Origin: Pseudogulbenkiania subflava DSM 22618
Lineage (GTDB): Bacteria > Pseudomonadota > Gammaproteobacteria > Burkholderiales > Chromobacteriaceae
Assembly: GCF_900177275.1 (NCBI RefSeq)
Contig: NZ_FXAG01000009.1
Coordinates: 36,984-68,983, forward strand
DNA: 32,000 bases
Direction of reading: 5' to 3'
Part shown: piece after piece, positions 1 to 8,800 of the stretch
How positions within the stretch are numbered: position 1 is the first letter of the stretch
How the letters are laid out: every line of letters starts with the position of its first letter
Translations under genes and position numbers: made by a program
The notes under the pieces: generated by a model
Seen by the model: the letters and a program-made list of their open reading frames with translations, nothing else
Told to the model about the DNA's origin: nothing
Databases searched by the model: none

Positions 1-2
1 TC

Positions 3-3000
3 AATCCTGCGCTGGAGGGCTTGGTTGGTGCCGAACAGGCAAAACAGTGGCGTCAAGTGGTGGATGAGCTGCTCGGGCGGTCGGCGTTGCGTGCCGCTGA
101 CGTGATTGATGCACTTGGGGCACTCGCAGTACCCCGATTGCGCACCTTGGAGTCATTGCCTGGCGCAAAGACTGAACTCACGCCACAGTCGTCAGCCCTT
201 GTGTCTAGTGCGGTACTGTTTCACCTTACTTTCATAGGTCAGGCGATCGGTGAAGATCTACGTAATCTACAGCAGCTGCGACCGAATGGCACAGGGCTCG
301 AAACCGCACTGAGGCTCAATAACACGACGAATGATGTAGCGAAGCCAGCAATGCCAGTGCGCGAGATCGACCGCTATTTTACCGTGCACAGTGACCCCTC
401 TCAGGAGGAGGCGGTGTTACTCGCACGGGACGTACCCGGACGACTTATCGAGGGGCCGCCTGGTACCGGTAAGAGCCAGACTATCGTCAATATGGTGGGG
501 GATGCAATCGGACGTCGCCGTAGCATGCTCATTGTTTGCCAGAAGCATGCTGCGCTAGAGGTGGTCTACAAGCGTCTGGTGGCCGAAGGCCTCGGCAATC
601 GTATCATCATGGTGAATGATGTGAACCGCGATCGAAACCCAGTAATCCGGGCCGTTCGAGAGCAGATCGAGGAACTGGTGCGACGTTCCCATGATGCTGC
701 GGCACCAATTCGACGAAAGCGTGATGAGATAGCGGCGCGAATTGAGGCTCTTGAAGGGATCCTGGATCGTCACCACGAGGCCCTACACCAAATCGATGAG
801 CATGTTGGGATTAGCTATCGGGCTCTGCTGGGCGAGCTGATCTGTCTTGAGTCACCGACGGGACCGATTGATGTGCCGGCGCTTCGCCCACTTCTGAGTC
901 GCCTCACGACTGGGGCACTTGCAGCGCTTGAAGAGGCGTGCGCGCCACTTGCTCGCTACTGGCTGCCAGCATGCTACGAAGGAAGTGCGCTCTCCATTTT
1001 GCAGGCGTTTACTCCTGATCCGGCCACGCTTGCCGACTTCCATGAAGCGTTCGACACATTTCGAATGGCAGAAGTGACTCGTGCCGATGTGCTGCTTACT
1101 CAACCAGCGCCTTTCGAGGTCGACGATCCTGCTCCACACCGTGCTTGGCTCACGACCTATGGGGATAAATTCCTTGCTCTGCCTGATGCGACACGTTTGT
1201 TGCTCGCCAAATGGTTGCCACTGTTCCGGGAAGCTGCGGGCGAGATGCCCAAGGGACTTGATTACCTCAAGCAGCTCGCGACTTTGCGCGAGACGCTCAC
1301 TACCTGCAATGAGGCAGATTTCTCAGAGAAACTGTCGGTGGCGGCCAGCGCTCTCGAGCCCGCTGCACTGGACACTCTCTATGCATATACGGTTGAGACC
1401 TGCGCGCCACTGCGGTGGATTGACCATCTGAATTTCAAACGGCACTTGCGCCGGCGTCTGGTGAATGTCTTTCTTATCGAGCAGGGCGCGATCCCAGATG
1501 CACCTCATGTAGCGCGTCTGAAGCGTGTACTGGAACTTGAAAGGCAGTGGCGTCCGCTGCGTAAGGCACTCGGGGAGTTGCACCAAGCATTGCAACTGCC
1601 TGCGATTGCTTCTGATGCGGGGCCGGCGTTGCTTAAGGATGCAACGGCAAGCTATGAGTTATTGCACCAAGTCGCCGAGCTTGCCTCTTTGCTCGCCAAA
1701 GCCCCTTGGCCCGACCGGGTGGACGCCGTTGCCAAAAGTGCGACGCACTCAGCCTTCCTCTCTCATTTTGCCGAGTACGATGCGGCATTCGCCCGGCACG
1801 CAGCGAGGACGGCGAGCCGTCAAGCACTCGCCCGGCTTGAGGGATGGACCATGCCTGAATGGTTTGTTGGCTGCGACTACGCGATTAATGACAATGAACC
1901 CAACCTGGCGAGGATCGCTCCGATCGAGTCGGCACTCCCCACGCTCGCTGCTTACCAGCAATTTCGTGGCCGTGCCGAGCGGCTCTCCGAGCAAGAGCTG
2001 GCCGCCTTTGCGGTGCTGCGCGGCAAGGAGGAGCTGCTGCGACTCATCCACCCAACGGAGCTCGAAGGAGAGATGCGCCGCATCCTTAACCGCGAAGCCC
2101 GTCTCGGCTGGAAACGAGTCATGGAGCAGGCTTCCCCGGATCTTGAACATGACCGAGAGGATCTTGAGAGCAAGGTAGCTATGCTTGCTCAGCTTGACCG
2201 CGAGATGCGTGAGCTTAACCGGCAGCTCCTGCGAGAGGATTATGATCTCGCGCAGATCCGGCCGCTGCGGGAGTGGGAAGACATCACACGGCTCACCGGT
2301 CAACGAGCTCGGCGACTGCGTGAATTCATCGATCGAGGCACTAGCCTGGGGCTCATGAAGCTGCGACCAGTCTGGTTGATGAACCCGGATGTGGCAAGCC
2401 GTGTACTGCCTCTCAAAGCACAGCTTTTCGATACGGTGATCTATGACGAGGCGTCTCAGATGCCCGTGGAATACGCTCTGCCGTCGCTGTTTCGGGCTGG
2501 CGTGTGCGTGGTCAGCGGCGATGAGAAGCAGATGCCGCCAACTGCATTTTTCTCGGGCCGTGTCGAAAGTGATGAAGGTCAGGTCTTCGATGGTGTGGAA
2601 CCGGACGAAGATGCAAGTGAAGAGGAGCAAGAAGCATTTGATGAAACCTGGAACCGGCGCGAGATCAAGGACTGCCCGGACCTGTTACAGCTCGCGCGCG
2701 GGTGTCTGCCCGCTTCCCGTCTTGCAATTCACTACCGATCGGCCTATCGCGAGTTGATTGGCTATTCGAATTCCGCCTTCTATGGCAACCACCTGCACGT
2801 ACCGGTGCGTCATCCCGAGTCGACCGTGCAGGCGGTGAAACCAATCGAACTGGTCGAAGTGGGAGGCACTTACCACGAGCAGACCAATCTCGATGAAGCC
2901 GAACGTGTGGTCGACATTCTCTCCGATATCTGGCGTAAACCACGAGACACATGGCCCTCGGTCGGAGTGGTGACTTTTAACCGCAAGCAGGCGGATCTGA

Positions 3001-3809
3001 TTGAAGAGCGTCTGGAAGCACGGGCTGAACTGGACGAGGCGTTCCGCGAAGCATATCGGTTGGAGTGCGAGCGGGTCGAAGACGGCGAAGATATGGGCGT
3101 GTTCGTCAAGAACGTGGAAAACGTACAGGGCGATGAACGCGATGTGATTGTGTTTTCTTCAACCTTCGGCCGCAATCGCCAAGGCTCCTTCCTACGCAGC
3201 TTCGGCGTACTCGGCCAGAAAGGCGGTGAGCGCCGCCTCAATGTCGCGGTGACCCGCTCTCGGCAGAAGGTTGTAATGGTCACCTCGATGCCGATCGACG
3301 ACATCTCCGATTTGCTCTCGACTCATCGCCCACCTGCTACTCCGCGTGACTACCTGCAGGGATACATGGCCTATGCTCGCGCCGTTTCAACAGGGCAACT
3401 CGGCCTCTCACGATCGCTGCTACAGCGTTGGACTGTGAGCTGCGACGGTGGCCGCGGGCATACAGCTGAGAGGGTAGGCGACGGTTTTACCGAAGCGGTT
3501 TCAGCATATGTCCGTTCACTCGGCTTTACCGTGAGCGAGAGCGTTGAGAATGATGTGTTTGGCCTCGATTTTGCGGTGGAGCATCCACAGACGGGGTTGT
3601 TTGCGATCGGCATTGAGTGCGATGCGCCGCGCCATGACCTGCTCGGCCGTGCCCGGGCCCGGGAGGTGTGGCGCCCTAACGTACTGCGCCGCGCTGTGCC
3701 CATGATTCACCGTGTTTCCTCGCAGGCATGGTATGGCAGTGGTGATGCGGAGCGCTTGCGCCTGCTGCAGGCGATCGAAAAGGCATTACAGATGGAGGTT
3801 GTCCAATGA
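3..3809 (+). CDS. SF1 (Upf1/DNA2-like, AAA_11/AAA_12-type) helicase with a C-terminal DUF559/MTES_1575-like PD-(D/E)xK endonuclease-fold domain; 5' end lies outside the window
   Basis: The frame is open from nt 3, with no stop before the track's TTG at 21. SF1B helicase motif set: Walker A GPPGTGKSQT (453-476), motif II VIYDEASQM (DEASQ 2445-2459), SGDEKQMPPT, HYRS, VENVQGDERDVIVFS, RLNVAVTRSRQKVVMV. About 650 aa are inserted between Walker A and motif II. The C-terminal FGLDFAVEH...IGIECDAPRH...IHRVSSQAWY (core 3567-3623) resembles the Vsr/DUF559 nuclease fold. Confidence 0.85.
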   Translation, partial: NPALEGLVGAEQAKQWRQVVDELLGRSALRAADVIDALGALAVPRLRTLESLPGAKTELTPQSSALVSSAVLFHLTFIGQAIGEDLRNLQQLRPNGTGLETALRLNNTTNDVAKPAMPVREIDRYFTVHSDPSQEEAVLLARDVPGRLIEGPPGTGKSQTIVNMVGDAIGRRRSMLIVCQKHAALEVVYKRLVAEGLGNRIIMVNDVNRDRNPVIRAVREQIEELVRRSHDAAAPIRRKRDEIAARIEALEGILDRHHEALHQIDEHVGISYRALLGELICLESPTGPIDVPALRPLLSRLTTGALAALEEACAPLARYWLPACYEGSALSILQAFTPDPATLADFHEAFDTFRMAEVTRADVLLTQPAPFEVDDPAPHRAWLTTYGDKFLALPDATRLLLAKWLPLFREAAGEMPKGLDYLKQLATLRETLTTCNEADFSEKLSVAASALEPAALDTLYAYTVETCAPLRWIDHLNFKRHLRRRLVNVFLIEQGAIPDAPHVARLKRVLELERQWRPLRKALGELHQALQLPAIASDAGPALLKDATASYELLHQVAELASLLAKAPWPDRVDAVAKSATHSAFLSHFAEYDAAFARHAARTASRQALARLEGWTMPEWFVGCDYAINDNEPNLARIAPIESALPTLAAYQQFRGRAERLSEQELAAFAVLRGKEELLRLIHPTELEGEMRRILNREARLGWKRVMEQASPDLEHDREDLESKVAMLAQLDREMRELNRQLLREDYDLAQIRPLREWEDITRLTGQRARRLREFIDRGTSLGLMKLRPVWLMNPDVASRVLPLKAQLFDTVIYDEASQMPVEYALPSLFRAGVCVVSGDEKQMPPTAFFSGRVESDEGQVFDGVEPDEDASEEEQEAFDETWNRREIKDCPDLLQLARGCLPASRLAIHYRSAYRELIGYSNSAFYGNHLHVPVRHPESTVQAVKPIELVEVGGTYHEQTNLDEAERVVDILSDIWRKPRDTWPSVGVVTFNRKQADLIEERLEARAELDEAFREAYRLECERVEDGEDMGVFVKNVENVQGDERDVIVFSSTFGRNRQGSFLRSFGVLGQKGGERRLNVAVTRSRQKVVMVTSMPIDDISDLLSTHRPPATPRDYLQGYMAYARAVSTGQLGLSRSLLQRWTVSCDGGRGHTAERVGDGFTEAVSAYVRSLGFTVSESVENDVFGLDFAVEHPQTGLFAIGIECDAPRHDLLGRARAREVWRPNVLRRAVPMIHRVSSQAWYGSGDAERLRLLQAIEKALQMEVVQ

Positions 3810-5161
3810 GTGGCCCGAAGGTTGTTCGTATCGTCACGCGGGAAGAACGCATCGCCATAGGCCAGCGACAACTAGCGGAACTTGACCGCTGTATCGAGGC
3901 ATGGCAACGGGCGGTAGCAATGGCAGGCGTTGAGGTAGGCGCAACGATTGCGAAAACCACTGCACACCGGACCAAGTTCCAGACGTTGCTAGCCGACGAC
4001 AAGTTTATGGAGCTGGGGCAACAAGTAGCGAGCGAAGTGGCATATCTGAAGTCCGAGACCGAGCGCTTGCAAGAGGTGGCAATCCAAGCCGCCGCCGAGA
4101 GAAAGGCCAACCGACTGCGTTTACGAGAAAACGCGGTGGTGCTCATCAAGGCCCTCAAGGAAAAAGGGCGAACCGAGAATGAGCCGCTTCTTGCCCGGCT
4201 CGAAGCGGTGCGTAGTGGACAAGGGGAGGTTACCGATATGGAGGTGTGCCTTTCCGAGGCGTTGCGAGCGCTCACCCCAGAGAAAAATGAAGTGATGCTC
4301 ACCGACGTCCAACGTGCACTTGCAGCGCGGCTCAATGAACCGGGTGAGGTGACAACTTTTGACGCTTGGAAAGCCGCGAATGCGGCACCGCTCGACTCTC
4401 GTATCGATCGTATCTACCGACAGTTAGCAGAGCTCGAACTCGCCGGGTTGCTTCCCGCTGCAGCGGTGTTTTCCAAGCGGCTGGAAGCAGTCGAGGAAGT
4501 AGTAGATATGCCAACGCGCAACCTGCGGCTCGATAGCCTGGTGCTCGATCTCGCGACGGCGGTGTGCGAGGCTAAGGCAGAGATGATGCTCATTGAGGAG
4601 GCTAGGGGGCTTGTAGCAGAACTTTCCGTGCGCGAGGAGGCTATCTGTCAGGAAATGGGCACTCAGCTCGAAGCGGCGCTGGGTGCGCGCGATATAACAG
4701 CATTGTCGGACCGGCTAAAAGCAGCAAAAGAAGCGCTTACTGCCGCACACATAGCCGCCGCCGCTGAGGCTCGCAGGCGTGTTCTTCTCGAAGGACTCGC
4801 GAAACTTGGATATTCGGTCCACGAAGGCATGGCCGGTGCTTGGGCAGAGAAGGGCCGCATTGTGCTGCAGAAGCCTTCGCTGCCTGGCTATGGGGTTGAA
4901 ATCGGTGGAAACACTGAAGGCGAGCGACTACAAGTTCGGGCTGTTGCTTTCTCCGCTGATCGGGACACTGCTCGCGACCGTGATGTTGAAACGATCTGGT
5001 GCGGGGAGTTTTCTAAACTACAGGAGGATTTAGCAGTAATTGGCGGGGGGCTAGATATCGAGCGGGCTCTCCTTGTGGGTTCAACGCCACTCAAGGTTGT
5101 TTCTATGACGGAGGAAAAATATGAACAGAGAAGAGTGGAGCACCACCAATTAAACCGGTGA
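3806..5161 (+). CDS. hypothetical protein: long Ala/Glu/Leu/Arg-rich predicted helical or coiled-coil region plus a C-terminal globular part of about 100 aa; translationally coupled to the helicase
   Basis: ATG 3806 overlaps the helicase stop (ATGA, 3806-3809). GGAGG lies at 3794-3798, 7 nt upstream. The ORF is 451 aa and uninterrupted. I recognise no catalytic motif. Confidence 0.7.
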   Translation: MSGPKVVRIVTREERIAIGQRQLAELDRCIEAWQRAVAMAGVEVGATIAKTTAHRTKFQTLLADDKFMELGQQVASEVAYLKSETERLQEVAIQAAAERKANRLRLRENAVVLIKALKEKGRTENEPLLARLEAVRSGQGEVTDMEVCLSEALRALTPEKNEVMLTDVQRALAARLNEPGEVTTFDAWKAANAAPLDSRIDRIYRQLAELELAGLLPAAAVFSKRLEAVEEVVDMPTRNLRLDSLVLDLATAVCEAKAEMMLIEEARGLVAELSVREEAICQEMGTQLEAALGARDITALSDRLKAAKEALTAAHIAAAAEARRRVLLEGLAKLGYSVHEGMAGAWAEKGRIVLQKPSLPGYGVEIGGNTEGERLQVRAVAFSADRDTARDRDVETIWCGEFSKLQEDLAVIGGGLDIERALLVGSTPLKVVSMTEEKYEQRRVEHHQLNR

Positions 5162-5237
5162 GCACTTGCAGCCTGATCAGGCTAAATGTCAGTTTCAGCG
5201 CACAATCCTGCGCCTCGCACCCTGTCGGTAATATCGA

Positions 5238-5267
5238 TTGATATGCAGACATTCGCGACTATATAAA
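5238..5267 (+). promoter_or_regulatory. candidate sigma70 promoter for the 5294 gene
   Basis: TTGATA (5238-5243), then a 17-18 nt spacer, then ATATAA/TATAAA (5261-5267), about 27 nt upstream of ATG 5294. This is the first AT-rich sequence after the GC-rich helicase operon. Confidence 0.45.
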
Positions 5268-5293
5268 TACTGTTAAATTTTGAGATACATCTC

Positions 5294-6124
5294 ATGAAAT
5301 ACTCAATTTACCTATCCGAAGAGGACAAGAAACAGCTCGAATATGAGGTTGTGTCGCAAGAGTTTCGGGTTCACTTAACCCGCCTTATTGAGCGAAATGA
5401 GAATTTCGCCCGGCACTTCTTCATGAATCAGAACTGGCTGATCAATCGCTCCAGAACATTGATCGGCAAAGCTATATACGTTTTGCAGGCCGATGACATG
5501 GGTGGGTACGAAGACTGCGAATACGCTTGGCACAATGGCGAATTTGAGCTTTGCTTTCGCCGCCTTGATACCAGCCGTTTAATTGAACTACTCTGTGAGG
5601 TAATAGATAGGAAATGGCTTGTCAGGAAAGATATAAACAACCTCCTGGAGCAAGAAGGAGCGTCTTTCCGCTTTGTAAAAGGAGCGGGCACAGAAGTCGA
5701 GGTGATTTCGATTGAGAAACTCGAAGAAGATGCTCCTCAGTCAAATGAACATCCAAACATCAGGGTTTTGGTCAATAGAATGGCTTCTGCGCTAGATAAT
5801 TTAGATTACGCTGGCGTTCTTCATTCTAGTGCATCTATATTCGAAACGCTTGCCAAGGATGTGGTCGGAATTGCAAGCGTACAAGGTCAAACATTGGCAA
5901 GTTTCTTTGATCGATACAAAAAAGATTCTCAGCTCCCTGCAGAAATTCAGGCCAAGGTTTTGGAGACATACAAGTCAAGGAATTCAACGCCTTTGGCTGG
6001 GCATGGAAGTACGCAGGCACCTTTGATATCAAAAGAGGAAGCGGTTACTTTGTGTGAATTGACAAAAGCTTTTGTCCGAATTGAATACCACCTACTAGCT
6101 GATAAGGTAGATGCAAAGAGCTAA
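5294..6124 (+). CDS. AbiJ-like abortive-infection protein with a C-terminal Abi_C/HEPN-type motif
   Basis: 276-aa ORF in the AT-rich block. The C-terminal half carries YKSRNSTPLAGHGS (5978-6007), which matches the RN....GHG signature I recall for the Abi_C/AbiJ HEPN clade. The N-terminal half (LIELLCEVIDRKW...SFRFVKGAGTEVEVISIE) resembles AbiJ N-terminal domains. Assignment is by motif only. Confidence 0.6.
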   Translation: MKYSIYLSEEDKKQLEYEVVSQEFRVHLTRLIERNENFARHFFMNQNWLINRSRTLIGKAIYVLQADDMGGYEDCEYAWHNGEFELCFRRLDTSRLIELLCEVIDRKWLVRKDINNLLEQEGASFRFVKGAGTEVEVISIEKLEEDAPQSNEHPNIRVLVNRMASALDNLDYAGVLHSSASIFETLAKDVVGIASVQGQTLASFFDRYKKDSQLPAEIQAKVLETYKSRNSTPLAGHGSTQAPLISKEEAVTLCELTKAFVRIEYHLLADKVDAKS

Positions 6125-6182
6125 CAAGCTTAGCCGTTAGGCACCCAAAAACTAGTTCTTTTAGATTGATTTTGCCAGACTT

Positions 6183-6211
6183 TTGACGTGAGTAATGCAT
6201 ACCGTTATATC
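6183..6211 (+). promoter_or_regulatory. candidate sigma70 promoter for the 6229-7130 micro-operon
   Basis: TTGACG (6183-6188), a 17-nt spacer, TATATC (6206-6211), followed by AGGAG (6215-6219) and TTG start 6229. Confidence 0.45.
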
Positions 6212-6228
6212 TATAGGAGTTAGATTTC

Positions 6229-6603
6229 TTGAGAGAATACAGATTTAAAATCTTGCAAGAAGGTGATTTCTTGTGCGGCCTCAGCGAGAAAGAAATGATA
6301 ATCCGTAACGCCAATGGCGATTATCATATTCACAAATTGTGCGGGCTTGATGGAGGTAAGCCAAGTTTCTTTAAGAGTTTCGAGGTTGTGGCGATACACG
6401 ACATTGAAGATGCATCTGAAAAAGTTACCTTAATTAAATTTGGCGAAGAATATAGAGCCTACAAAATTATCGGAATCCGGGAAGGGTTTCCGACTTTTGA
6501 CGAGAGCTTCTGCATTGTTGTAAAGCGTGGCATCGGGAAAATTGAGGTTTACGACTCGGAGACTGATCTTACTATTACTCTCCCTGCTATGGAGGGTGAA
6601 TAA
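6229..6603 (+). CDS. hypothetical protein (124 aa), first gene of the small AT-rich operon
   Basis: TTG start 9 nt after AGGAG (6215-6219). Its stop TAA (6601-6603) overlaps the next ATG by 1 nt. No motif recognised. The start codon is uncertain; an internal Met at MIIRNANG is possible. Confidence 0.5.
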   Translation: MREYRFKILQEGDFLCGLSEKEMIIRNANGDYHIHKLCGLDGGKPSFFKSFEVVAIHDIEDASEKVTLIKFGEEYRAYKIIGIREGFPTFDESFCIVVKRGIGKIEVYDSETDLTITLPAMEGE

Positions 6604-6863
6604 TGTCTAAAGAAGAAAAATGGGCTGCAAACATCGCGTTTGTTGGAAGCAAGGAAAAGGTGAAGGAGATTTTAAAAATGATAGAAAAGCTTGAAGAGCA
6701 AGGAGAGCTTGAGGACTATACAGGAATTGAGGGGCCATATGACTCTTTGCAATTGATGCTGAAGCGAAGAAATGAGAACCTGGCCCTTGAGGTTGGAGTA
6801 AATAACACCCAAGGCCAATTGAATGTCACTGGGGATTCATCGCAAATTGATGCAGATTCATGA
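6603..6863 (+). CDS. hypothetical small acidic protein (86 aa)
   Basis: ATG 6603 overlaps the upstream stop (TAATG). Its stop TGA 6861-6863 runs directly into the GGAGG of the next gene. No motif recognised. Confidence 0.5.
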   Translation: MSKEEKWAANIAFVGSKEKVKEILKMIEKLEEQGELEDYTGIEGPYDSLQLMLKRRNENLALEVGVNNTQGQLNVTGDSSQIDADS

Positions 6864-6872
6864 GGAGGTGTG

Positions 6873-7130
6873 ATGAACAGGCCGAGTGATCACCGGAAGG
6901 CACAAAACCAAAGAAGGATAATTGATTTAAATATGTGCCAGTTATGCGCATCGACAATTGGAGTTCAAGCACACCACATCTTTGAGTATGCAAAAGGAGG
7001 TCCTTCAACAATAGAAGGTATGATATGCCTTTGCTTGGATTGCCATCAAAGAATGGTACACAGAGATAGCCAAATACGAATCAAGAAGAGAGAAAATCGG
7101 ATAACAACATTTGGACGGGGTGGAGGTTGA
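6873..7130 (+). CDS. minimal stand-alone HNH endonuclease (about 85 aa)
   Basis: CQLC...AHHIFEYAKGGPSTIEGMICLCLDCHQRMVH gives CxxC, then HH (6972-6977), then N/G, then CxxCH, the beta-beta-alpha-metal HNH signature. GGAGG lies at 6864-6868. The track's GTG at 6870 sits too close to this SD, so ATG 6873 is preferred. Confidence 0.75.
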   Translation: MNRPSDHRKAQNQRRIIDLNMCQLCASTIGVQAHHIFEYAKGGPSTIEGMICLCLDCHQRMVHRDSQIRIKKRENRITTFGRGGG

Positions 7131-7383
7131 AATACAGGCCATTTCATTAAATGCCTGCAAGCGGACATAGCTAAGGACATACCAGAGATCGGCGGCTTTC
7201 TGACAAGTAGCGGCTAATGTCGCGAGGAATACGCACGGCAGCTTGAATCGATGACTTGAACCCAGCCGCCGCTCAGTCATAGTCGCCGTTAACGAACAGA
7301 ATCATAATGTCTGCTTGGTGCAAATTACAGACATTCCTTTATGTCAAAGAAAAAAACGCAATTAAGAATGCGAATAATTAAAA

Positions 7384-8625
7384 TTATTGGCGATCTATTT
7401 TTATAGCCATGGCCATTTCAGTGTCCGGGATTGAACTGAAATAGTCCTCATATCCGGAGAATTCATCATCTCCTGGAATGGTGCCGCCATTCAAATAAAT
7501 TGGCGGTCTTTTGAGTCCCATTATAAGTGGATTAAGGCTTTTCTGCTCCGCAAGACGCTGCGCATTACCCCGCAGTGCATTGGAAATGCTTTCAAAATAC
7601 CCGCCGAACTCATTTGCCATGCTTCTAAGTTTTTTGCAATACCCATCGTACATTAGATCAAAATAGTTATTACGTTCGTTTTTCCAAAAAGGAAGCAATG
7701 TAAATATTTCATTGACATCATTGTAATTTGTTAATTTGTGCAAATTCATTACAATAAAATAATATAAAATTTCACGTGGCCATTCACGGTTCAGCCTGAT
7801 AACATCTCTGTATTTCGCATCTTTATTGAGCTCGAAAGCGCATTTCTCTGCAGATGTTCGTAAAAAGTCATCAGGCATCATTAGGATAAAGGCCGATATC
7901 GCAGAAGCCATTCTATAGGCGGTCAACACGTCAGGCTCTCCTTTCTGCAAAGCCACAAAATGTGCCAGTGAATGATACTCTGGTAATTTCGAGTCATATA
8001 CGAACTTTGAAAACTCTTCAGTCAGGACTCTCTTCTCGACTACCCACGATTCGTCGTTTCTACTCAGCGCAACCCCTTCAATTAGCTCTTGCCATACTGC
8101 ATTGACCTCTAGCATGCTACCCAAATAAAGAGGAGATTTGCAAAAGTGACGGCGTTCGTTTCCTTTAAAAAAACAAAGTGAGAGATGTTCAATTTGTTCA
8201 AAAAATACAGGAATGCTCCTAGTGGAAACTATGCGCCATGGCAGTTCTGGAGTATTCACGGATTTATCCTTGAATACTTCTAGGCTGATGTTTTTCTTAA
8301 CCTCCCAGATTGCCTTTCTGTCCTTTGAGTTCTTCGCCAGTCTGAAAATATAATTTAAAATGGATAGCCCTCCTGGAGTGCAGTGCATGTCGACCCAGTG
8401 CCGAAATTCATGGACAACAGGTCTCAAAAGATCTTTAACAATATCATTTACATCTTCGCAGCGCTTCCATTTCTCCAAAAGCGTTAAAAATGACGATGTA
8501 TTGATTTGAAGTTGGATTATCTGGTTTAAATGACCATAGTAGGCGACTGAAGATTGGAGGCACGTGAAATCAGGACTTGGAAGTGAGATATTTGAAGGAG
8601 TGGGCGCGGAATTAAAAAATGACAT
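7384..8625 (-). CDS. hypothetical protein (413 aa) with an HExxH motif (possible Zn-metallopeptidase-like)
   Basis: Long uninterrupted ORF in very AT-rich DNA, convergent with the HNH operon. It carries VVHEFRHWVDMH (HEFRH encoded by 8398-8412 on the minus strand). No other recognisable motif, so the family is unknown. Confidence 0.6.
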   Translation of the reverse strand: MSFFNSAPTPSNISLPSPDFTCLQSSVAYYGHLNQIIQLQINTSSFLTLLEKWKRCEDVNDIVKDLLRPVVHEFRHWVDMHCTPGGLSILNYIFRLAKNSKDRKAIWEVKKNISLEVFKDKSVNTPELPWRIVSTRSIPVFFEQIEHLSLCFFKGNERRHFCKSPLYLGSMLEVNAVWQELIEGVALSRNDESWVVEKRVLTEEFSKFVYDSKLPEYHSLAHFVALQKGEPDVLTAYRMASAISAFILMMPDDFLRTSAEKCAFELNKDAKYRDVIRLNREWPREILYYFIVMNLHKLTNYNDVNEIFTLLPFWKNERNNYFDLMYDGYCKKLRSMANEFGGYFESISNALRGNAQRLAEQKSLNPLIMGLKRPPIYLNGGTIPGDDEFSGYEDYFSSIPDTEMAMAIKIDRQ

Positions 8626-8800
8626 AAGAGATTTCGATTAAAAATTAACAAATTCCATATTTTGTGACTACCGGCAGCTTGTGTTTCTCTACGCTTTAGG
8701 ACATGTAAAAAGTAGAGTGCACGGCAGATTGCAGCGCGAACCGGTCACTTTAATGATGGCTTTACAGGAAGGTACAGCGGTAGTTCCTAGCGATAGTGGA

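Noticed and set aside
555-4335. Numerous 60-290-aa ORFs inside or antisense to the helicase and its partner, e.g. 1749-2630 (-), 1525-2178 (+), 3676-4335 (-).
   Set aside because: They are embedded in a continuous 1262-aa frame with a full helicase motif set. They have no SD signals and their composition is Arg/Ser/Cys-rich nonsense.
7005-7280. A 91-aa minus-strand ORF overlapping the 3' end of the HNH gene.
   Set aside because: It overlaps a motif-supported gene by about 125 nt. It has no SD and no recognisable sequence.
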